Source: an uncultured cyanobacterium
GTDB taxonomy: Bacteria > Cyanobacteriota > Cyanobacteriia > Cyanobacteriales > Cyanobacteriaceae
Length of the DNA: 28,074 nucleotides
Direction of reading: 5' to 3'
Assembly: GCA_963749915.1 (NCBI GenBank)
Contig: CAVVOP010000003.1
Span: forward strand, 1 to 28,074
Shown: positions 10,528 through 17,627 of the stretch, piece by piece
How positions within the stretch are numbered: position 1 is the stretch's first letter
How the letters are laid out: each line of letters begins with the position of its first letter
The notes under the pieces: model-generated
Told to the model about the DNA's origin: nothing
The model's database searches: none
Seen by the model: the letters and a program-made list of their open reading frames with translations, nothing else
Position numbers and translations under genes: made by a program

Positions 10528-10950
10528 ATGACTGCCCAAATTATTTCTCATTTACCCACCCAAAACGATATCAAACATTGGCTGCTTAAATGGATAGCTA
10601 AAGAACTAGAATTATCCATACCTCAAATTGATACCAGTAATTCTCTTTTAGAATATAGTTTAAGTTCTATGACAGCGATGATGTTGGTAGGAGATTTAGA
10701 AGAATGGCTAAAAATAGAAATCACCCCCACTTTAGTTTGGGATTATCCTTCAATTGATGCCCTGGTTGACTATTTAGCTGAAGCAACTAAAAACCCAAAA
10801 AATGACAAAAGTTTGACGCAAAAAGAAGTAATAAAAACCGTAGATAACTTACCATCAAATAACTCAAACAATAGTCAAGCCTTACCAGATAATTTGGATG
10901 AGTTATCTGAAGAAGAAATGGATGCTTTACTTAGTGAATTATTGAAGTAA
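10528..10950 (+). CDS. Acyl carrier protein with acidic C-terminal docking-like tail
   Basis: W.L.W.A.EL...ID, YSLSSM (predicted phosphopantetheinyl Ser at 10666-10668) and PTLVWDYPSIDAL. RBS AGGAG upstream. Confidence 0.88.
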   Translation: MTAQIISHLPTQNDIKHWLLKWIAKELELSIPQIDTSNSLLEYSLSSMTAMMLVGDLEEWLKIEITPTLVWDYPSIDALVDYLAEATKNPKNDKSLTQKEVIKTVDNLPSNNSNNSQALPDNLDELSEEEMDALLSELLK

Positions 10951-11051
10951 TTGTAGGGTAAAGGAAACGATAATTACTGGGATTGTTCAGCTAAAATCCT
11001 TTTAAAAACTGAGAAATCAACCATAAATTTATTGACAAGAATAGTAAAAAA

Positions 11052-13550
11052 ATGACAAATTCTCATCAACAGATAGAGCAGCTTTCCCTTGAGCAAAAGC
11101 GCGTTTTGCTTGCTAAAATGATTGAGCAAAAAAGAAATAAAACTCAAGTATTTCCCCTATCATTGGGACAAGAACGTATTTGGCTACATAGTCAATTTAA
11201 TCCTGATAATCCTCTCTATAACGTAGCTGTAGCCTATCATTTGAAAGGAGATCTTGATCTAATTGCCTTAGAAAAGAGTTTACAAGAGATTATCAAGCGG
11301 CATCAAACCCTACGCACAACCTTTTCCCTAGAGGAGAAAAAACCTGTTCAGGTTATCTCATCTGATATTTCTTATCAACTATCAATTATTGATCTCCAAG
11401 ACATTCCAGAAAGGTTACGCCAAGAGAAAGTCAAACAATTACAAAAAGAAACCGCTAAAACTCCCTTTAATTTGACTCAAGGGCCTTTGTGGTGCATTAA
11501 ACTGTTTCGTTGTTCCCAAGAAGAACACAGTTTGCTTGTAATGATGCACCATATCATTTCTGATGGTTGGTCTTTTTATGTCTTCTGTCAAGAGTTACAA
11601 GAACTTTACCAAGCCTTTTGTCAAGGAGAAACACCTGCACTACCTGACTTAGTCATACAGTATGTGGACTTTGCTCAAAGACAACGAGAATGGTTAGAGA
11701 GTGAAGCGGTGCAAAAACAAATGACTTACTGGAAAACGCACCTAAGCGGTCAAGTGTCAACCCTTAAGTTACCCGTCAATTACTCTCAGGCAAATATGCC
11801 AATCACTCATCAGGGAACCTTCCAAGCTTTTGAGCTTTCTCCCAAGCTCAGTCAAGCCTTAAAAACCCTAAGTAAACAACAAGGTGCCACCTTGTTTATG
11901 ACCCTCAGTGCCAGCTTTCAGGCTTTGCTCTATCAATATACTGGAGAGGAGGATATGGTTTTATGTTCCCCTGTGGCCAGTCGTCATCGTCCCCAAACCA
12001 AAGAACTCATCGGGTATTTTAATAATATTTTGCCAATCCGAACTGACCTATCGGGTAATCCGAGTTTTTTGGACTTAATTAGCCGAGTGCGTCAAGTTGC
12101 TTTAAATGCCTATAAAAATCAGGATATCCCATTTCAAAAAATTATTGGTTTACCCAATCTCATTCAAACCTCTCTGACCAAAGTTTTATTTTCCGTGGAC
12201 ATGAAATGGCCGCCAGAGCTTTCTTTGACCAAGATTAGCACTGAGGCCCTGTCCATTCATACTGAACAGGTCAATTTTGATCTTTCCGTTTCTATCTGGG
12301 AAGAGTTAGACTACCTCAAGGGGGTACTAGAGTATAAAACTGACTTATTTGACCATTCCCTAATTACCCAAATGCTCCATGATTATCAAAACTTACTAGA
12401 AATTTTGGTGAATCAACCAGAGCAAACTCTGTTATCTCTGGAAGAAAAGAGCCAGTTTACTCAGAAAAAATTCCTTAACTTCCCCGATTCAGACAGACAA
12501 ACTGACTACTTGCCACCAAGATCGATTTTAGAACAACAAGTGGCACAAATTTGGGAAGAAGTTCTCGGCATTAGTCCCATTGGGGTTCGTGATAACCTAT
12601 TTGCCTTAGGGGCTTCTTCTCTGGCGGCGGCACGTCTTGTTGAGCGAATTGAAGACAGATTTAAGCAAGAATTCTCCTTAGCAACGATTTTCCACGCACC
12701 AACTATCGAACAAATCACAAATTTGGTTAATACTAATGATGCTTCTGTCTCGATTTCGTCCCTAGTCCCCCTACAACCTGATGGAGATAAACCACCACTC
12801 TTCCTTTGTGGAGGTGTGGGGATTTATTCTAATTTGATTCCTTATTTGGGAGTAGATCAGCCATTGTATGGGTTAATTAGAGTCAGGAATGAGGTAGATT
12901 CGCTAAGCGTAGCAGAGATTGCCGCTCAGTATCTGATAGAAATCTCTAAGGTTCAGTCCCAAGGCCCCTATTTTCTTGGTGGTGTTTCTTTTGGGGGGCT
13001 GGTCGCTTTTGAGATAACACAACAGTTACTCTCAAAAGGAGAAAAGGTAGCACTCCTGGCTTTATTTGATACCCCAGGGCCAGGAGCTTATCAACTCAAA
13101 CCGCTTCACCTACGAATGTTCGGCCATTTGAGTAATCTCTTTCAATTCGGTTTACCTTATTTTCAAACAAAGATAGAGAAAAAATTGCCAAAATTGCTCC
13201 GAAACCGGATACTCTCGAAGAATACCCAAGGCCCCGACTTTTCCACGAAAATGATCTCTAATCAATTATTCAGACAATTAGCCAAAGCCAGTGCTAAAGA
13301 ATATCAGTACAAAGTTTATCCAGGAAAGATTACGCTTTTTAGTTTAAGTCAAAGGGAAGCCTTGACAGACTCTTTATTTGATCCAGCCCTTGGATATGTT
13401 GATCCCCTTTTAGGTTGGGGAGCGATCGCCACTCAAGGAGTGGAATCTTATGAGATCCCTGGAGAACATACCACTATCTTAAGAGAACCCCATGTCAAAC
13501 TCCTTGGGGAAAAACTGAAGCTCTGTTTAGACAAGGCACACACTGCTTAA
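11052..13550 (+). CDS. NRPS-like protein with condensation, thiolation and thioesterase domains (no adenylation domain)
   Basis: C domain: PLSLGQERIW, RHQTLRT, HHIISDGWS. T domain: IWEEVLG..LFALGASSL..IFHAPTIEQ. TE domain: GPYFLGGVSFGG, PGEHTTIL. Confidence 0.92.
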   Translation: MTNSHQQIEQLSLEQKRVLLAKMIEQKRNKTQVFPLSLGQERIWLHSQFNPDNPLYNVAVAYHLKGDLDLIALEKSLQEIIKRHQTLRTTFSLEEKKPVQVISSDISYQLSIIDLQDIPERLRQEKVKQLQKETAKTPFNLTQGPLWCIKLFRCSQEEHSLLVMMHHIISDGWSFYVFCQELQELYQAFCQGETPALPDLVIQYVDFAQRQREWLESEAVQKQMTYWKTHLSGQVSTLKLPVNYSQANMPITHQGTFQAFELSPKLSQALKTLSKQQGATLFMTLSASFQALLYQYTGEEDMVLCSPVASRHRPQTKELIGYFNNILPIRTDLSGNPSFLDLISRVRQVALNAYKNQDIPFQKIIGLPNLIQTSLTKVLFSVDMKWPPELSLTKISTEALSIHTEQVNFDLSVSIWEELDYLKGVLEYKTDLFDHSLITQMLHDYQNLLEILVNQPEQTLLSLEEKSQFTQKKFLNFPDSDRQTDYLPPRSILEQQVAQIWEEVLGISPIGVRDNLFALGASSLAAARLVERIEDRFKQEFSLATIFHAPTIEQITNLVNTNDASVSISSLVPLQPDGDKPPLFLCGGVGIYSNLIPYLGVDQPLYGLIRVRNEVDSLSVAEIAAQYLIEISKVQSQGPYFLGGVSFGGLVAFEITQQLLSKGEKVALLALFDTPGPGAYQLKPLHLRMFGHLSNLFQFGLPYFQTKIEKKLPKLLRNRILSKNTQGPDFSTKMISNQLFRQLAKASAKEYQYKVYPGKITLFSLSQREALTDSLFDPALGYVDPLLGWGAIATQGVESYEIPGEHTTILREPHVKLLGEKLKLCLDKAHTA

Positions 13551-13585
13551 TTTTCTGTTATCAACCCAACCCCCCTTCTATTGAT

Positions 13586-15175
13586 ATGATTGCCACCGAC
13601 GACATCAGTGCCAAAAAAGCGAATCACCTCATTAACTGGCTACGAACTTATGCGAACAAACGCATCAACTCTCGTCTGATTGATGAACGTCGTTGCATTC
13701 CTCCCTATATTGTTCTTGATTTCGGTAATCAAGGCATACTAGGAATGCAAGTTGCTCAAAAGTATGGGGGACTCGCTCTCAAGAATTACGATGCCCTGCG
13801 GGTTGTTGAACAACTTGCGGGAATCGATCTCACCTTAGCAACCTTTGTGGTAATCAATAATTTTCTCGGCATTCGTCCTGTAGAACGTTATGGAACGGAA
13901 ACCTTGAGAGAAGAACTTTTACCCATTCTGGCCACCGGCCGGGAATTGGCCGCCTTTGCTTTGACAGAACCTAATGCTGGTTCTAATCCCGGATTACTCT
14001 CAACCACGGCGATCGCTGATGGTCAAGGGTGCTGGCAGTTGCAAGGAAAAAAAATCTGGATTGGTTCAGCATCCTGGGCGGGAGTCATCAATGTTTTTGC
14101 GAAATTATTAGATCATGATCACAAACCTCAGGGCATCACGGGGTTTACCCTACGACAAGGAACCCCCGGACTCAACCATGGCCCTGAAGTCTTAACTATG
14201 GGAATGCGTGGCATAGTACAAAATGCCATAGAACTTGAGTCAGTTCCTGTGAATACAACCAATCTCTTAGGGAACATTGGCTCAGGGATGGCAGTCGCCC
14301 AAGATGTCATGTTATTTACTCGTCTGGCCATTGGGGTTAAAAGTGTTGGTGCCATGAAACATTGTGCTCAATTGATAATGCGCTATTCTAACCGTCGTAC
14401 CATTAGCACAGGGGTCTTAATTGATAACCCTGTAACTCGTGTTCGTGTGAGCTATCTCACGGCATCTATTACTGCCCTTGAAACGTTGGTCTATCGAATT
14501 GCTCAATTGCTCGACGATGGTTTTTCGGTTCCTCTTGAGGGATATATTGTCTGCAAAACCGCTGGTTCTGAATTTCTTTGGCAGGCGACTGATTATCTCA
14601 TTCAAATTTTAGGGGGTCGTGGGTATATCGAGACAAATATTGCGCCCCAAATCCTACGGGATGCTCGAATATTTCGCATTTTTGAAGGCCCGACTGAAAC
14701 CCTCAATATGTTTTTGGGATCTTCATTAATTCGACCCAGAAAGGAACTACAGCAGTTTTTTTGCCACGATCTTGGGGCTGTTGAAATTTGGGACAATCTG
14801 ACAACTAAGGTCAAAGAAATTGAAGAAAGATGGACAAAATCTCCTGGTTTTTTTTCTGATATCAATTCTGCCCGTAATTGGGCTGCCAGTTTGATTGGTG
14901 AACTAGGAACCTACGCTATTTTGCTGGCAACAGTACAAGAAAAATTTAATAAAAAGCCATCCGGTCAGTTGCGTCGTGCCATTGATTGGACTCAAATTCA
15001 GTTTGAACTTACCTTTCAAAAAGCGTTGAGTGACTCATCGCTTAATTCTGTTCTCCAAAGTCCTAATGAAGCTCGAGATTTGATCTCCTCTTATACTGAA
15101 ACCATTGGTGAACTTGAACAAACTCTCTTGGGTGAGGAACAATCACTTGACGATTTTCTACAAATATGGAGTTAA
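13586..15175 (+). CDS. Acyl-CoA/ACP dehydrogenase family protein
   Basis: Motifs AFALTEPNAGS, GKKIWIG, GGRGY and RIFEGPTE. Paralogous to the ACAD domain of 6828..10457. Confidence 0.93.
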   Translation: MIATDDISAKKANHLINWLRTYANKRINSRLIDERRCIPPYIVLDFGNQGILGMQVAQKYGGLALKNYDALRVVEQLAGIDLTLATFVVINNFLGIRPVERYGTETLREELLPILATGRELAAFALTEPNAGSNPGLLSTTAIADGQGCWQLQGKKIWIGSASWAGVINVFAKLLDHDHKPQGITGFTLRQGTPGLNHGPEVLTMGMRGIVQNAIELESVPVNTTNLLGNIGSGMAVAQDVMLFTRLAIGVKSVGAMKHCAQLIMRYSNRRTISTGVLIDNPVTRVRVSYLTASITALETLVYRIAQLLDDGFSVPLEGYIVCKTAGSEFLWQATDYLIQILGGRGYIETNIAPQILRDARIFRIFEGPTETLNMFLGSSLIRPRKELQQFFCHDLGAVEIWDNLTTKVKEIEERWTKSPGFFSDINSARNWAASLIGELGTYAILLATVQEKFNKKPSGQLRRAIDWTQIQFELTFQKALSDSSLNSVLQSPNEARDLISSYTETIGELEQTLLGEEQSLDDFLQIWS

Positions 15176-15224
15176 GCGAGGAAGACAAAATACTCCTTAT
15201 AAGGGGTAAATCGAAGGTTCGTGC

Positions 15225-15444
15225 GATGAAGTAGTCCAAAAATTAGCTGACGAAAAGTTAATTGTGACGAACCAGTTAACTGAGAAGGAAGCAGGAGTAG
15301 TAATTGATGTTGCCCATGAATCCTTAATTCGTCATTGGCAGCAACTGCAACAGTGGGTAAATGAAAACCGTGAGGCGATTAGAATGAGGCGATTAGAATC
15401 GGGAGAAGGATTGAGACTTCTGCCGCAGAGTGGCAAAGCCAATG
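15225..15444 (+). pseudogene. Fragment of a STAND (nSTAND1-like) NTPase/WD40-type gene
   Basis: Translates DEVVQKLADEKLIVT...VIDVAHESLIRHWQQLQQWVNENRE, matching the post-NTPase 'AHE.LIR.W..L..W' motif. A 14-bp duplication at 15371-15398 shifts the frame. Confidence 0.7.
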
Positions 15445-15485
15445 AGTTGTTCCATTTTAATTGCACAGGTCAAAAAATATTATAA

Positions 15486-17583
15486 CCCACATTCCGCACG
15501 TCACTTTGTAAGATGATAAAAGTATTAAAACCAAGCAACTTATTTTGGACAAAATATAAGTAATAATACTCAATATCTTCTTTATTCGCGTTTTGTACTT
15601 GCGAACTTTGCTCAAATTAAAATCTCATTGTCAATAACTTCACCTTTAATGAGAATAAATAAACAGAGCAAATCTATCAGTTTTCTCTTCTTTATTTATG
15701 GTATTATAATTGAGAATGTTTAGACTCTTAAATCCCATAAGTTATCCAGATAAAATATAATAATTATGACAAGAAATCGGGAAAAAACTTAAAATTAGTT
15801 TTCGTTCATTTGTTAGATTTACTATCTGTTTTATTCCTTGATTTATTACTAAATGAATCCCCTGAAAACATTGAAATATCCATCTTAACGTTGGACGTTC
15901 CGTTAGTTTTCCTAGCTGATTTTTTATCCCCGTTTTTCTCTCCTCTAATAAGCGACGCACTTCTCTTTGCCCCAAAGAATAGACTAACAGACATAACCCC
16001 ATCAACATTGCCATTGTTTCGATTCTTTTTGGGGTTTTTAAAAACACACTATCGGCAAAAAATAATGGATCTTTCAGAAAACTAAAACCTCTTTCTGCGG
16101 CTTGTTGCTCTTTATACTTAATTAAAATTTCATCAGAATTAAATTTACTTTTATCCAATCTATTTGTAGCTAACACAAATCTTCCTGCTCTTTTTTTTGA
16201 TTCGTTTATTTTCGTTAAATCTGATTTCAAAATAGCCGTAACTTGATAAGTTTTTCCCGATTTTTCTTCTTTCTTTTTCGATTTTTTCTTGTGATTATTT
16301 AACTCACTTTCTGTCATTTTTAGCTCGGTTATGTGATGATATTTTAAAGTCTTATTTAGTCTCACAACTGTTTCATAAGCTCCCTCTGATGAGCTAAATT
16401 CTTCTTTCATCAATTTCTTTAATATTTCTTCGGTTTTTTCTTTTTCTTTCTCTATTTTTTCCCTTAGTTTTTCTAGCTCTGATACTTTTCTTTTTTCACT
16501 TTCTACTATTAACCATCTTTGCTCAATTTCTGCATAATTATTCCTTACTTCACACCATGAATATCCTTCTAAACTACTTGGAGTCAAATCAGATTCTGAT
16601 AGTTCTGAAACTAAATTTTTTGCCTCTTTTATTGATAGTGGAACTCTCGATAACCATTCTATTCCACTCATTAATTTCAGGTTATTTTCTGTATATAAGG
16701 CACTATCACCTACTATCATCGTCTCAAAATCTATCATTGATTTGTATTCAGAAGCTATTTTGCCGAAAACTGCTCTATCATTTTCATTGCCATCTGCTAC
16801 TCTTAAAAATAAAGGAATATCACCATCACCACTCACAATTAAATCCAAAATAAATTGTTTTAAATCTGGTCTATGGTCACGAGAATAACCTTTAATTATT
16901 TTAATTGGAATTTGATTAATTAACTCTAATTCTGCATTTTCTTTCACCAAATTTTTGGTGATTTTTTCCTGACTATATTTCCCCTCTACCGCAAAAGAAG
17001 TTGAATCTAAATGGGAAAAATTGATGTTGATATTATATTTTTTTACTGTGGCTAAAGCAATAATTAAAAATAATGAAGATAATCCTTTTTCATAAAGTTT
17101 ATCCATTATTCTTCCAATTCTATCATCGTTCAAATGCTCAGGTAGTATTCCTTTTCCGATTAAATGTTCTGTGGCTTTGTCTTTAAAAAACTGTGGAAAT
17201 AGATAAAGAGGTCGAGAAATAAATCCTAATCCGTTCAGAATAATTGCTTTGACTATTTGACCTGCTGTCACGATTTCCCTCTCGTCAATACCGAGGGCAT
17301 CATTAATAATTTCTTCAATGCCAATTTCATCTATAACTCCAGCAATTAATCCTAAATGATTAATGGTTTGAACTTGTATATCTTCTGAAAATATCATTTC
17401 CAAAATTAAATTAAAAACTGAATTTAATTATCCCTTAAACGTTGCTCATTTTTCTACTAATTTATCTGAGTTCTCTTGATAAGCTAGAGAACTAATCACC
17501 GAGTATTTCTTGTCGTAGTCAATCACTGTTCAACCTCTAACCTCGTAATCTGAATTTATACAGTTTGACGTGCGGAATGTGGG
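15486..17583 (-). mobile_element. IS1634-family element type A, copy 2 (complete)
   Basis: 18-bp inverted repeats CCCACATTCCGCACGTCA (15486-15503 and 17566-17583). 6-bp target duplication TTATAA at 15480-15485 and 17584-17589. Confidence 0.95.
15742..17403 (-). CDS. IS1634-family transposase (intact, 553 aa)
   Basis: Uninterrupted ORF with the same motifs as copy 1. Confidence 0.95.
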   Translation of the reverse strand: MEMIFSEDIQVQTINHLGLIAGVIDEIGIEEIINDALGIDEREIVTAGQIVKAIILNGLGFISRPLYLFPQFFKDKATEHLIGKGILPEHLNDDRIGRIMDKLYEKGLSSLFLIIALATVKKYNININFSHLDSTSFAVEGKYSQEKITKNLVKENAELELINQIPIKIIKGYSRDHRPDLKQFILDLIVSGDGDIPLFLRVADGNENDRAVFGKIASEYKSMIDFETMIVGDSALYTENNLKLMSGIEWLSRVPLSIKEAKNLVSELSESDLTPSSLEGYSWCEVRNNYAEIEQRWLIVESEKRKVSELEKLREKIEKEKEKTEEILKKLMKEEFSSSEGAYETVVRLNKTLKYHHITELKMTESELNNHKKKSKKKEEKSGKTYQVTAILKSDLTKINESKKRAGRFVLATNRLDKSKFNSDEILIKYKEQQAAERGFSFLKDPLFFADSVFLKTPKRIETMAMLMGLCLLVYSLGQREVRRLLEERKTGIKNQLGKLTERPTLRWIFQCFQGIHLVINQGIKQIVNLTNERKLILSFFPISCHNYYILSG

Positions 17584-17627
17584 TTATAAAATCGAATAAA
17601 CTTAGATCAAAATACAGAGGTTTGCTA

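Noticed and set aside
5515..15175. Assignment to nocuolin, columbamide, chlorosphaerolactylate or olefin-synthase pathways
   Set aside because: The window has no CylC-type halogenase, ketosynthase, adenylation or sulfotransferase domain.
1034..17583. Composite transposon of two IS1634 copies carrying the cluster
   Set aside because: Copy 2 has its own TTATAA target duplication, and copy 1 lies within an ISAs1 that has its own. These were independent insertions.
17565..17627. N-terminal extension MTCGMWVIK... of the RTX protein
   Set aside because: It begins inside the IS1634 inverted repeat. The same TCGMW appears at the end of copy 1 in ORF 2987..3184.
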